Shown here piece after piece: positions 1 through 12,496 of a DNA stretch of 64,000 nucleotides. The notes below the pieces were generated by a model. That model was not told where the DNA came from. It worked only from the letters and a program-made list of their open reading frames with translations, and made no database searches. The translations under genes and the position numbers were made by a program. Location: NCBI GenBank assembly GCA_002104905.1, contig MCFE01000036.1, forward strand, positions 124,001 through 188,000. Direction: 5' to 3'. This stretch comes from Basidiobolus meristosporus CBS 931.73. Lineage: Eukaryota > Fungi > Basidiobolomycota. Numbering within the stretch: position 1 is the stretch's first letter; every line of letters starts with the position of its first letter.

Positions 1-259
1 GGAAGCATAAGAAAAATGTGGCAGTTCTTGCCAATAAACACCATAAGCCCAGAACAGACTGAATCCCATCTTAGCCAAGATAAATTACCAATAAGAAAAT
101 AGCTATTTTCACAAGAGTTGTAAGTGCAGCCAGTTGAGCTACACTCCAGTGAGATAGATGAGTTTGCAGAGAAAGGCAATTTGCTTACCTCTGCCTCCAT
201 ATCTTCCATTGCTGATAGAGTGGGGATCCCACCAACAGACAAAGTAACAATGTTAAGAA

Positions 260-2170
260 CCCAGATTATCAAGAATCTGAAGCAGCCCCATAGCATATCA
301 GATCTCAGAACATTCCTTGGAATGGTTTCCTATTATTGGAGAATTGTCAAGCCCTTTGCAAGTATTGCAGCCCCTTTAAACTGATATCCTCAAGACAGAC
401 AACACCTATAAGTGGGACATAGCTTGTGAGACTGTCTTTCAGATACCCAAGAATGAAGTTGCTAAACTACAAAGCTTAAGAATACCTGACTTCAGAAAAG
501 AGTTTACTCTGTGCACGGATGCTTCAGATTATGCAATTGGTGGAGTGTTGAGCCAAGAACACAAGGGAAAGGACTACCCTGTTGCCTTTGAATCCAAGAA
601 ACTGAACTCAGCAGAGCAAAACTATCCAGTCCACAAGAAGGAGATGCTTGCAATAATACACTGTTTGAAGACATGGAGATGCTATATTGAAGGAGTCAAA
701 TGCACTGTGAAGACTAATCATGCCTCCCTCAAGTGTATATTTACTCAGAAGGCACTCTCCTGAAGAATGACAAGATGGAGTGAATACATTCAGCAATTTG
801 ACTTAGAGATTGTCTACAGCCCTGGAAAAAACAACATGGTTGCTGATGCCTTATCAAGATTAGATCAAGTTGCACAACTCAACTTGGTGCATGAATCAGA
901 TTGGCCTAGCCTATTACCAAAGTACTTGGAGGACCAAGCCATTCCTAATCAGGTGGATGAAGATATCAAGAAGATAATCCGGGATGAAGCCAGCAAATTT
1001 GTAGTACAGGATGAAACTCTCAACCAAATTATTGATGGAAGCCCTATTGCCTATTGCCCTTATGTTTTTTGCCTGGATTTAATACATACACTACACAATG
1101 GATATGGACATCTTGGGATTGAAGGAACCTATAGCCTTGTGAAAGCCAGAGCATGGTGGCTCAGAATGAAACAATATATTGAGAAGCTAGTGAAAACATG
1201 CCCAAGCTGCCAAATCAATCAAGGCCAGCCACAAAGAAATGCCAAACTCTTCCCTTTGAAGCCTGTAAGACCATTTGAGAGATGGGGAATTGACTTTATT
1301 GGAAGACTGCCAACCACCAGGAAATGCAACTGTTGGATCCTAGTAGCAATTGACCATGCCACTAAATGGCCAGTTGCTAAAGCTGTACCAATAGCCAGTG
1401 AATAAGAAGTTGCAAGTTTCATTTACCATGAGACTCTGATGAAGTTTAGATGCCCTGTGGAGATCCTATCTGATAGAGGAGCAAATTTTATGGCAAAGAC
1501 ATTGGAGGCTTACCTGGAAATGCAGCAGATTAAACACTTGAAAACCTTGGCATATCACCCCAGAACTAATGGAGTCACTGAACGCTTCAATGGATTATAT
1601 GGCAAAATACTGACCAAGTATGCAAATGGGGCTGTCAGTAGATGGGATGAGTATATAGATCAAGCACTTTTTGCCTGCAGAGTTAGAGTGCACAACACTA
1701 CCCAACAATCACCATTTTACTTAGTGTATGGATGTGAACCAAGGATTCCAGGAGATCCCACACAACCCAAGCTTACAGATGCCTTGGAAGGCAAACTTAG
1801 TCAGCCCAGTAGACACCAGCAATTGGAATAAAGACATCAAGAGGCACAGACCAAAGTATCTCAAAGTGCAGAGAAAATGAAGCAGAGATTTGATAAGACT
1901 ATAGCACCAGAAGCATTGACAGTTGGGAACTTTGTTCTACTAAGAAACAACACTCAGAAGAAGTTTGAGCCACAATGGACAGGATCATTCAAGATCATCA
2001 GAGAATGTCCATTTGCAATTTACCAATTAGTAGACAAATAAGGCAATATCTGCGAAGCCTTAGTGCATAGGGACAGACTCAAGCTTGCAAGACTTGCTGA
2101 TAATACTGAACCATCAAGATATTGGCATCACAAGAAAAGAGATTCAGGAGAACCAACTCAACTTTAGTAG
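260..2170 (+). mobile_element. Ty3/Gypsy LTR-retrotransposon pol remnant (RT thumb, RNase H, integrase); 5' part missing, interrupted by stops and frameshifts
   Basis: Fragments LRTFLGMVSYYWR (RT C-terminus), DASDYAIGGVLSQ and YPVAFESKKLNSAEQNY (RNase H), HNGYGHLG...CPSC (integrase zinc finger), WGIDFIG, ILSDRG, YHPRTNGVTERFN (integrase core). The order RT-RH-INT is Ty3/Gypsy. Confidence 0.93.
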
Positions 2171-2175
2171 GTGAA

Positions 2176-2546
2176 TGTTATGATCTGCCGCTTGAATGTT
2201 TAAGTTAGATCAGCTTTTAGTCAAGTCAATTAGTTATATGCTTAGGTTATTAGTATATCAGTATTATCTATGAAATCAGTAGCATTAGTCAGCAAATGAA
2301 TAAGTAGATCCTTATCAGACAGAAATGGATATATTAAGTAGGATCTTATTGGGTGAGGATGATGCAATCAAATGAGTCATCAGCCACCGTCTACATTAGG
2401 AAATACATTTAGTCAGCAATTGATCTGGCAAAATGTATATAAGGAGCTGCTGGAACCTCAATAAAGATCAGTTCAAGTTTTAGTGAATACAATACTAGCT
2501 AAGCTCCCTATTCCTCTACAACTCTTTTACCAAGATTTGTAATACA
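2176..2546 (+). repeat. Probable 3' LTR of the Gypsy remnant
   Basis: Starts TGTTA just after a purine-rich tract (AGTAGGTGAA) following the integrase; contains TATATAA (~2437) and AATAAA (~2460); ends ...TGTAATACA. About 45 bp of this 3' end recurs at ~2785-2829, ending TGTAACA. Confidence 0.6.
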
Positions 2547-3189
2547 GGAACACAAGGCCAACTGAATGCACTTGATTGTTCCATGAGCATTTTTGTAGAC
2601 GCAAACAAGCAAACAAATCTTGAGCCAGAATGTTATGCTAAGAAAGAAGCTCAAAAATAGCAGACTATCAATGGCAGAAGTACAAGGGTGAAATGGCTAA
2701 ACACTAGGGGCTTCTTCAAGAGCCTGTTAAAATCAGGGCCAAAAGCTCCAAACAAGCAACAAAGAGCTATCAGGTAGCTTGAGGATTACTCCCTAATCCT
2801 CTACAACTCTTATACCAAGACTTGTAACAGAGCTTAATATAAGAATAGAATATAGGGATATATATAGGCAAATACAATTGCAATTGTGGAACAACTGAAG
2901 TTTCATTGGAAATGAATGAATTTGTATGCATGAAAAGTAGGAGAAGTAGTTTAGTCAGGAAGTTAGGAGTGTGAAAAAGAGGCAATAGATAATCAATCCA
3001 CACATATGTAGAAGGTGATAGAGTGTCTAGGATCAGAAAGTCAGCAAATTGGCAGCAAACAAATCAAAAGCCACTTTTGTAGTTGCTGCGATGAAAATTT
3101 TTGACCAAATTTTTTGTGAGATTTGGAGAGCAATTCTTTTGATGGTCTTTGCATAATGTCCTGGTGGCATCAATACCTCTTTGTCATAA

Positions 3190-4110
3190 TGTGGTGGGGT
3201 CACAGTGACATCCACTGACTAATGTGCCCATTCCCATATATTTTATTTCCCTATTTCTCTACTACCCATATTCTAGGTTTATACCATTTGGCTAATCTGA
3301 TCAGTACTGTCCCATTGGTTGGCTTACTACAATACCTGCGTATTGATTTCATAAGTTATCCCTCACTTTATGTAAGATTCCTAGTTGTAAGTGCTCCAAT
3401 ATTAGGCAGGTACCTGTGCCACGACCTGTGATATGTAATCAACCCATGCCACCATCCCTACATTATTATTCTCTATATGATATCCCTATATTAGCCAGTG
3501 AGAAAAGTATCTAAGGGAGGTAATCCTTGAGCAATAATTCATCATCCCTTTTATCAATATACTGACTTACTGATTAGTGTGATCACTCCTACCTGCTGCT
3601 ACCTGCTGCTACCTGAACTTCCAGTCCCAGACCACAGGGCACTCCCAGCAAACTGTGCTGACAGCCAACTGATCATGGAGGCACTACTTGTGTGAAATAC
3701 TCAGAGTAGGTATCTTTTATTAGATTTGATTTTTGCCCAAGCTTGTTTTTGTACCAGCAAATATACTTTTCTGCTTTTTTAGCTATTGACCAAAGCTGCA
3801 TTCTTATCAAGTCACAACTGATGGAGTTAAAGTTGTTTTGACTTTGGAAGCTTTAGTATATTGTCATCTCAAAGGATGCTGAACCTAGCACATACTTTTG
3901 TTAAGATGCCAACTAAGTTGGGGATTGTAGCTTAATAGTTTTCCCTTGACAAGCTTGTGGCTTTGTTGCACTTCACATTATAGTAGAGACAGAGCCCAAG
4001 TATCCCTATCAAGCTTTTGCTAGAGGTTATTGCACCCAGTGAACACCCCACACACAAAACATCTGGGAAGTGTTGGACATATCTCCCCCTTGGACATATA
4101 CACCACCACA
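3190..4110. mobile_element. Solo LTR-like element (TG...CA), copy 1; inverted homolog of 18736-19806
   Basis: Termini TGTGGTGG...CCACCACA; flanking 4-mers ATAA/ACAA (near-TSD). The flanks rejoin to match the uninterrupted repeat at ~10495-10570. Confidence 0.8.
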
Positions 4111-4189
4111 ACAAGACTCTAAATTTGCAACAGCCTTTTGATGAAATCATCACAATAATTTAGCATAGGGTAGCAAAGGCAGAAGAATG

Positions 4190-5160
4190 AGGATGCAATG
4201 GCTAAAACCAATGGTTTCCTCTGGAGCTCATCACATCCAGGGCCAAAAGCTTGAAACAATGGCTAAGAAATGTCAGGTGGCAAGCAGTGTGCTGGCAAAA
4301 TATAACTGGCAGAAAGGGATGTGCCAGTGCTGCATTTATCAAGAAAAATGAATATAAGTAATTAGGAGGCATTCATGTGAAGTAGCAGTGAAGGACTTTC
4401 CAGGGATAAAAGCAAGCAGCTTCCTCCAGAGCCCATCTCAATAAGGCTGAAAGTTAAAACAGGTGGCAAAGACATTTCAGGAAGCTGGAAGAGTGCTGGT
4501 TAGGAATTAGTAGTCAGAAATGGATGCACCAGTGCAGTATTCATCAAGCAGAAAGCACAGTAAGTCTTAGGAAGCACTCAGCTGCCATAGCAGCAAAAGC
4601 CCTGGTAGCAATAAAGGTAAAGATACTGGGAGAAAAATCTACCCAAGCCAGAGAAGAGTTGGATAAGTTACTGCTGGTGCCAATTATTCCTCTCAGCCTA
4701 AAACTGTTTGAATCCCTAGTAGCCAAGAGCAGTTACAAACAAGACAACAGCCCTTTGGATAAGAGTTGGAAGCACAGCCAGTTTAGCTGTACTCCTGTGA
4801 GATAAGTAAGTTTGCAGCAAAAGGCACTCTGGCTACTGCAGCCTTCATGCTCTCAGTTGTTGACAGTGTGAAGATCCTGCAGACAGGCAAGGCAACAGCA
4901 TCAACAAATAGGAGGACTCTCATAATGCCTACAGTGGAGCTTTGAGCATCATTAGGCACACCAAGAGGTTGCAATACTACTTCAAGAACAGTGCTCAAGA
5001 AAGTGTACTTGAATCTTGCAAGGATCTTTTGCAAACACTGGCAGATGAGGTGCTGCACCTTGCAGTTCTAGCCAGAGACCAGGACAGGTATGAACCAGAG
5101 AATGAACAATAGCATCAAAGCATGGGGTACCTGCTTAAGTTGTGGGTAAAGGGCATTGTG
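4190..5160 (+). repeat. Unclassified dispersed repeat 'family X' fragment
   Basis: Aligns by eye with ~9120-10100 (e.g. ATGGCTAAA...CAGGGCCAAAAGCT, CAAAGATT/TGGCAGATGAGG) and with 1-258 and 2548-2780. Confidence 0.7.
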
Positions 5161-5699
5161 ATAGCTGTCATGATCACATGACATCTTTGACCTTTCATAG
5201 TTTGACTTAAATCAAGTTGGTGAAGAAATCCCAGTTCCTTCAAGAAAGTTCTACTACATTCTAGCAGCTACTGGAAAGCTCCAAGTCAACATTGCACCAT
5301 GGAACATTTCATGGAAGCTTCACTTTGGAATTTATGTAGCTCAATACCATATATGATAATTGGATGTCACATAACCTAGCCACATGATCTGCTGATGCTT
5401 GGCATATCCCCATGTGATTCTCTAGTCTGTTCTTGAGTATATTTCTATCTTGGCACACTTACAGTGCCTCATCATTGAGCTCCTTGAGTATTGGCTAATA
5501 TCTCTTAGCATGATATTGCCAAAAATTATAAATTGTTCTATCCCCCCTTATATATTCCTTAGTCTGATAAAAACAGGTCTTGAATATACAGCTTTGCCTT
5601 AGAAATCCACCTTGCCATGTTGATCCACACCTAAGTCCTTTCCTGGACCTACCTTACTTAGCTCTACTATCCAGCCTTGTGTCTATTCATAACAGTTTT

Positions 5700-6190
5700 A
5701 TTAGACTGCTCTTGACTCACCTGCATCTATATATGCCTCTGAATTCTGGCTATTAGCCAGTGATTGAGCCTCTGGGGTGATGCTGCCCTATTTAGTCAGT
5801 TTAAAGATGGACTCACTGATGAAGTCATTGATCTACTACTCACATTCCCTGAAACACCATCTTGGGTGAAGCTATACGTCAAGCAATGCAATGTGACAAT
5901 TGCCTTTTCTAGAAGAAACAGAAGTTCCAACTTACTTATCAGCCAACCACATTTGCAATAATCTAGTCACCCAGTACTAAGCTGGATGATCCTATTCAAA
6001 TTGACAGTGGCAAATACAAGAAATTTGCAAAAGAATAAAGATCTAGACATCAAGAAGCAAATCTCTGCCTTTACTGTGGCAAGTCTTGTCTCAACAAGAA
6101 GTCCAGCTTCAAACTCCTGCAATCATCCAGTGAACAGCCTGCTCCAGCATTGTTGGGAAACTCCAGCCTCCAGTGACACCCTATGAAAAC
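5700..6190 (+). mobile_element. Ty3/Gypsy gag remnant; candidate 5' LTR at ~5166-5515
   Basis: WGDAALFSQFKDGLTDEVIDLL (retrotransposon gag motif) and NLCLYCGKS (start of a zinc knuckle). The upstream TGTCATG...CATGATA could be LTR termini, but this is weak. Confidence 0.65.
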
Positions 6191-6199
6191 TAATTTTGT

Positions 6200-8440
6200 C
6201 CCGCAGGTGGATCCAATCTTGATCAGCTTTTGGGATCCCATCTGGAGACTGTCACAATACTAGCAGCTTAGAATTAGTGTCCCCCTTGACAATCTTACGG
6301 CAGGATTACAACAGTGTTTTGCTAATTTTACTGCCAAATAAAGCTATAAATCTTGACAGGGTTTGATTGGTGCTGTGACAATAATTGGATGGCATTGTTG
6401 CAGTCTGAATGTGCACTAAAACTAATTTAAATTGATCTAACTAGTCAGTACATCCAATTACCATGTATGGCAAAAGACTTGCTAGTGTTTTCATGGCCTC
6501 ACAGCAAGTCTCTGATGGCATTATTACAGCAGTATGGCAGCCTACAGCTAGTTCTGTATAATGCTACCAAACCAATTTACCAAATGGTATATCACTTTTC
6601 TACCTACCCTTGCGCAATTCATATATTTCCTGTAAAATACCCTCCTTTATTTGCTTACCCACTACTACCTTGGATACTCCACATACAGTTTGAATCAAAA
6701 AATACTGTGGCCTCCTTCTAACTAACCTCTACAAACAAGCCCTGGGTAGCAGTTACTCTGTAATATCTTGCTAATTCTTTCAAATTTCTCTGGTATCTTA
6801 AAGGGCTCATTCAGCTTGAAATGCCCCATGTACAATTTGGTCATTACAGTTGGGATACTGTTGAAAAGCAAAGGCATTGCTCCCAGTGGAAAGCTTTTGC
6901 TCCAGCAGATACCCTCTATCTTAAGTATCCCCAGTTTCTGATCTATTCATATTCCAGCTGATGGCTGATAGCTTGCCAACTCTGCTGCAATTGCATGCTA
7001 ACTTCTGTATGTTTTCTCTATGGGAGGATGATGTCCTTAGTGTGGGTGTTTGGGTAATGATGATGTGTGTTAGTTATTGACTAAGTCCCCTAGATCTCAC
7101 ACATTCAACAGCAATACTGTCCATTGTGCCTAGAAAAGCAGGCTATCTTGCTGATGGCCAGGGTATTGCCAATGCAGATAATAATAAGCATTTTTAGATG
7201 ACGGCCATTTACTCTTATCCTGCTAGAAAGCATAAAAATTCATCTGGCAATGGATGCAGGCAGCTATCCAGGTTGGATGGTGATTTGGCCCAGATACCAG
7301 TGAGACTACCATCAGATTTTGGCTCTGATACTGTAAGATAGGTGGCAGATTCAGGTTAATGAGAATCAGTAGCCAGCAGTATTTGCTGGTAGAGTACTTA
7401 TCTAATGAGTATTCATCAAGTCCTAAGGTAAAGGCATGGTCATACATACCTTCAAAGTAGCCCTTGCTTCTCAGCTGTTGGTAATGTTTGTCATCAAATA
7501 TTTTGGATGCATTTGCACTTGATTGCTACTGAGTGTGGTACTGTATAGCTTTACAATATTTGCTGGACTGCATGAGCCTCTTTAGACAGTGTATGACTAG
7601 AATATATCTGAAGTGTGAACAATGTTTTTCCTCAATAATGGTGGATTCCTGACAATTTCAACATGTTGCAATGGTAGCATTTTTGGATGTGAATGCAATG
7701 CAACTGTTAACGCATGCTGGAATCAGGACAGCATCTGGGTCATTTGTTGCTAGCCACAAGACACTTGTCCAGTTGTACCATGTACATGGTGAGTTGCATC
7801 CCAGAATGATTGTGGCAAGAAGTAGTAATAAGTTCTCAAAGCCCCCATCTCTGATATTAGTGGAAACCCACTACTACTCTAGCCACAACATTACATCATT
7901 CACCAGTAGATGGATTATTGGGCTCACTTGGCTCCATAAAGTATCCTTGGCAATTGTTTCAACAGGTTTTATCTCATTGCATTTAGGGACTTGACCTGGC
8001 TCATGTGTGGTAGTGTTATTAGGGGAGATAGGCTCACAATCCATCAACAAGCCTTCTTTGCCAGAGCTATTACTCTGTGTGCCATATTCAGAAGGCTGCG
8101 GTGAGCCTAAAAGTGTTACAAACTCACCTGACTCAGCTTGTGCAAGGTGACAAAGATGGCTAGGTGTTATTATAGAAGTATCAACTGGCTGGCAAGATAA
8201 TGTTGCTACAGTAGGGACTGATGAATGGTCAAATATGACTTGTGTGGCAAAGCACTGGCCATGATCCTTAAAGTATTCCTATGCTGTTTGCATACTTCAT
8301 GGCTGAGAGGCTTGCTACAATAGCTACATGGTGATATTCCTCTTCTCTGATGGCATTGAATCAAAGTAGCCTTGTCCATGGGGCAAACAGTTTGACCTTC
8401 AACTGCAAAAACTACTATATCACTTTTGCTCAAAACTCAC
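6200..8440 (-). mobile_element. Degenerate CACTA/EnSpm-like (Tnp2/Transposase_21-type) DNA transposase relic
   Basis: Minus strand reads AFTLGLDEY..KYCWLLILINLNLPPILQYQSQNLMVVSLVSGP (cf. LGLSTDG..SCWPIILINYNLPP..R...N....G..PGP) and WSKSFPLGAMPLLF..KLYMGHFK (cf. SFPIDxMHLLF..LWTG.FK); Cys/His-rich N-terminal piece at 8206-8433. No termini found. Confidence 0.7.
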
Positions 8441-8448
8441 GTGAATTT

Positions 8449-8796
8449 TGTTGTAAAATTTGTAATTCCACCTGAATATTCACCTAGCTTAGTCACTTAA
8501 ATCATTACCTTCAAATCCTAGAGAATACTGACCAAATTCCTTGTTGGGATTTACTTAGAATATTTTCACCAAAATACCAGGTACCCAGAACATGAAAATT
8601 CTCAAAGTTGTCCAAACAGCCCCAAACTTTGTACACATGTTCTTGGGATCTTCCTTAGCCTATTCTACATGCTTGTTATGCCAAGACCATGTAAAAGTAT
8701 CAATACTATTTTTACATTCAATAAATCATTAAGTGAAAGCCACATAATCTACTTGTCCTCCCAATCACTTCCAATATCTCCAAGACTCTTACAACA
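8449..8796 (+). mobile_element. Solo Ty1/copia LTR (348 bp)
   Basis: TGTTGTAA...TTACAACA terminal inverted repeats; homologous to 16709-17056; flanking 5-mers AATTT/AACTT (TSD with one C/T change). Confidence 0.9.
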
Positions 8797-8799
8797 AAC

Positions 8800-10570
8800 T
8801 TAAGACAGTCTTGTATTTGAGACATTGCACCTACATGAATGTAGATTCAATGATGACTTGCCATAGTAAGCATTCCATGAAGCTGTTGTGTGCAATAATG
8901 AGGAGTAGCTCAAAATTCAAGAGGCCATCAGAAGACAAGTATGCCATCACCTTAGGGCTGGCATACCATGAGACCATCAGAATTCAAGGCCAAGCAAAAT
9001 GCACTTGACTTGCTCCATGAGCATTATCTTGAATTTAAACAGGCAAATGGATTTTGGGCCATCATTGGTATGCTAAGAAAGTATCTTAAAAATAGCTGAA
9101 ACTATCAAAGGCAGAAGAACCAGGGTGCCATGGCTAAAAACCAGCGGCTTCCTCAAGAGCCTGTTACAAGCAGGGCCAAAAGCTCTAAACAAGCGTCAAA
9201 AAGATGCCAGGTAGCTGGAAGAGTGCCAATAAGGGACAAGTAGGCATACACAGATGCACCAGCACAACATTCATCAAGGAAAACCATAGTACCACCCAAG
9301 GAGCACTCAGTCAAAGTAGCAGTGTGCAACCAGGCTGTGATAAAAATCAGGGACTTTCACAACAGTTGGTCACAACTACAGATGAGAGCTCGAAACAAGT
9401 GGAAAAGAAATTTGAGGTTGCCGGAAGAGTGCCAGCAAGGGACAAGCAGGCCAAAACTGATGTGTCAGAGCAAATTTATCCAGGAGAAAATATAGTTCAT
9501 TGCAGGAAGCACTCAGACAAAGTAGCAGTGAGATACCTGTCAGTGATAAAGGAAAAGGTAAAGGGAAGAATATCTGCCCAGGCCTGAGACAGGGAAGCAT
9601 ACAAAAAAAACTGCAGCACTTGCCAATTAACAATGCATGCCTGAAACAGACTGAATCCAATCATAGCCAAGAAGAATTACCAACAAGAAAACTGCTGCTT
9701 TCACAAAAGCTGGCAGCACAGCCAGTTGAGCTACACTACAGCAAGGTAGGTGAGTTTGCAGAAAAAGACTATTTGTCTACCACAGCCTCTACTTCCTCCA
9801 TTGTTGACAGAGTGGAGATCCCACTGACAGACAAGGCTACAATGTCAAGAGCTCAAAAGACTATCACAACGCCTTCAGTGGAATTTTGAAACATTGATAG
9901 GCACACCAAGAGGTTGCAGTACTTCTTCAGGAGCAGTGCCTATCAATGTGCACTTGAATATTGCAAGGATTCATTGCAAAGATTGGCAGATGAGGAGCTA
10001 GACCTTGCAGTGCTGGCTGAAGACCAGGACATGTGGGAACCAGTTTATGAACAGTGGCATAAAGCCATTGGGTTCCTGCCAAAGTCATGGAACCAGTGGG
10101 TTACAGCAGAAATATTTATTGAGTAGTGGAAGTTAATGGAGTTACTTGTTGAGTGTGGGGCTAGGCTTAATGTTAGTGTAGGGTATAGGGACTTGTATAG
10201 GTCCATACAATTGGCAATTGAGGTACAACTGAAATTTCAACAGAAATAAATCAATTTGTATGCATTCAAAGTAAGAGAAAAGGTTGAGTCACAAAGTAAG
10301 GATTGTGATAAAGAGACAATAGCCAATCAATGTACACAAGCATAGGAGGTGATTGAGTGTCTGGGATCAGAAAGTGAGCAAATTGGCAGGGAAACAATCA
10401 AAAGCTGTTAATATATTGTTGTAATGAAAAGTTTTGACCAAGTTTTTTTTGAAATCTGGGTTGCAATCATTTTTCAACAGTCTCTGCACATTGTCCTGAA
10501 GGGGTCAGTACTGCTTATTCATGGGACTTTAAATTTGTAATGGCCTTTTGATGGGATCATCACAATAATT
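8800..10570 (+). repeat. Longest copy of unclassified repeat 'family X'
   Basis: Segments match 2548-2780, 2832-3189 plus 4111-4165, 4190-5160 and 1-258. Carries broken S/K/Q-rich ORFs (9204-9889) and CALEYCKDSLQRLADEELDLAVLAEDQDMWEP (9914-10126). Confidence 0.7.
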
Positions 10571-10574
10571 TCTC

Positions 10575-12495
10575 AATGGGTACAATTACAGGCTTGCAAC
10601 AGGACCCTCCAATGAAAATTCTACATGTTGAAGAAATATCATACACTAAAAAGTCCATCCAGTCCTTAAGAATGACTGTCAACATCCATATCTCTGAATC
10701 CAGTCCTGTCCATATCCTTGCCCTCATTGATTCTGGTGCTTCCTCCTGTTTCAATACCCAGTCCCTTGTCCTGAAGCACAAAATCCCTACTTTCCTGGTA
10801 TCCTGTCCTTTTTAGACCCTATAATTGCCCCATTGACCTTGAAGATGGAAAAACCCACCTTTTGGCTCTATCTACAACCTCTCACAGCCTGAGTTGGAAG
10901 AACTTCATAGTTGCATCAAAGAAAACCTCCAGAAAGATTTATTCAGCACTCCAAGTCCACAAGGCCAAGTGGACCTATACTTACAATGCACACCTATTGC
11001 CAGAGGATCAAGATAGTGCCATGCATTTTTGTGACATGTTACTAGCTGCAGAAGCTAGATTCAGAGTGCCATGAGTATTGAGTACCAGATACATATCTTC
11101 AGTCCTTCTGTGATCTTACATATCCTGCATAATAGTGATCCCAAAAAACAGGTCATAAAATGAGTTTTCTCCTGCATAATGGGTGAAACACAGGGGCTGC
11201 TCTACATGAACATGAAGAACTATCTTTGACACTCAGTGGCCTAATTTAGGTGTGCTATGCCTCTCTGGCACACAATAGCACTAATTGGCACTCATGGCTC
11301 AATGCAGCACTATCTAATGGAACAAGTCTAATTCCCATGTGAAGAATTTCTTGACCAAACATGACACTGCTGGCCTTTATGCCAGACTGGAAAAATGCTA
11401 GTTTGACCAGAAAAAAGTTGAGTTCCTAGGTTATCTTATAAGCTCAAATGGAACAAGAATGGACCCTAAGAAAGTAGAAGCCATCCAGTCCAGGAAAACC
11501 CCCTGTTCTGTAACTGTAGTGCAATCCTTCCTTGGGCATGCCAGCTTCTACTGTAGATTCATTACCAACTACTCCGGGATAGTCACTCCCTTGACAAAGA
11601 TCACCTAGAAAAATCTGCCCTTTGACTAGAATGAGCAACAGTCTGAGTTATTTGATTCTATCAGGATATCCTACTTGTGTGCCCCTCTACTTGCCTACCC
11701 TGACCTTGAGAAACCTTTCATCATAGAAGCCAATGCCTCTGACTTTGCCCTTGGTGCCATCTTTTCCCTGTATGATGACAAGAATGTGCTATGCCCTATT
11801 CCATTTTATTCTCAAAAATTTACTCCAGGTGAAGTAATCCATGATATCTATGACAAGAAACTACTTGCAATCATTGTTGCCTTTGAACAATGGAGCCATA
11901 CATTGATGGAGCAGCTCAAAAGATAAAGATTTTCTGTGACCACATAACCTTTGTACTTCACCACCTTAAAAGTATCAGGCTGGCAACAAGACAGATGGTC
12001 CCTCTTCCTGTCTAGCTTTGACTTTGTCATCACCTATAGACCAGGTGTAAAACAAAGAAAATTGATGCCCTGTCTAGAAAGATGGAGTGTTCCCTTGAAG
12101 AAGGGGATGATGCCTGTTACCAAATCAAAAACCCTGTACTTAACAAGAGACACTTTGAGCTCCTTGCAACCTAGTTCTCTGGTATAGTAGCTCTTTTACT
12201 CATTAAGAAAGTCAAGACCAGCCAAGCCACCAACTCCAAAGTGGCAACAATCAAGAAATATCTCAAATCTCCCACTAACCCACCACTCAAGTTCCCAAAC
12301 CTCAGTACCTACATCTAGTGAAAGACATCATCTATCACAAGCACCAACTGTTTGTCCTAGACCTTGATACCCAGTTGGATATCATCCACCCTTGCCATGA
12401 CTCAATGGCTGCAGGACATTTTGGTACAGCCAAAACCATGAATGCCATCAAGAGAGACTTCTGGTTACCCAAGATGATATCTTTTGTCAAGGAGT
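10575..12495 (+). mobile_element. Second Ty3/Gypsy pol remnant (protease, RT ends, RNase H, integrase zinc finger); RT core deleted
   Basis: HILALIDSGASSCF (aspartic protease), LYARLEKC.FDQKKVEFLGY (RT), IIEANASDFALGAIFS and YDKKLLAII.AFEQW (RNase H), HDSMAAGHFGTAKT..RDFW.P (integrase). Confidence 0.9.
10995..11328. repeat. Single diverged arm of the foldback element at 17623-18354, located where the Gypsy RT core is missing
   Basis: Aligns with 18009-18354; ends ...GGAACAAGTC followed by TA. Confidence 0.8.
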
Positions 12496-12496
12496 A

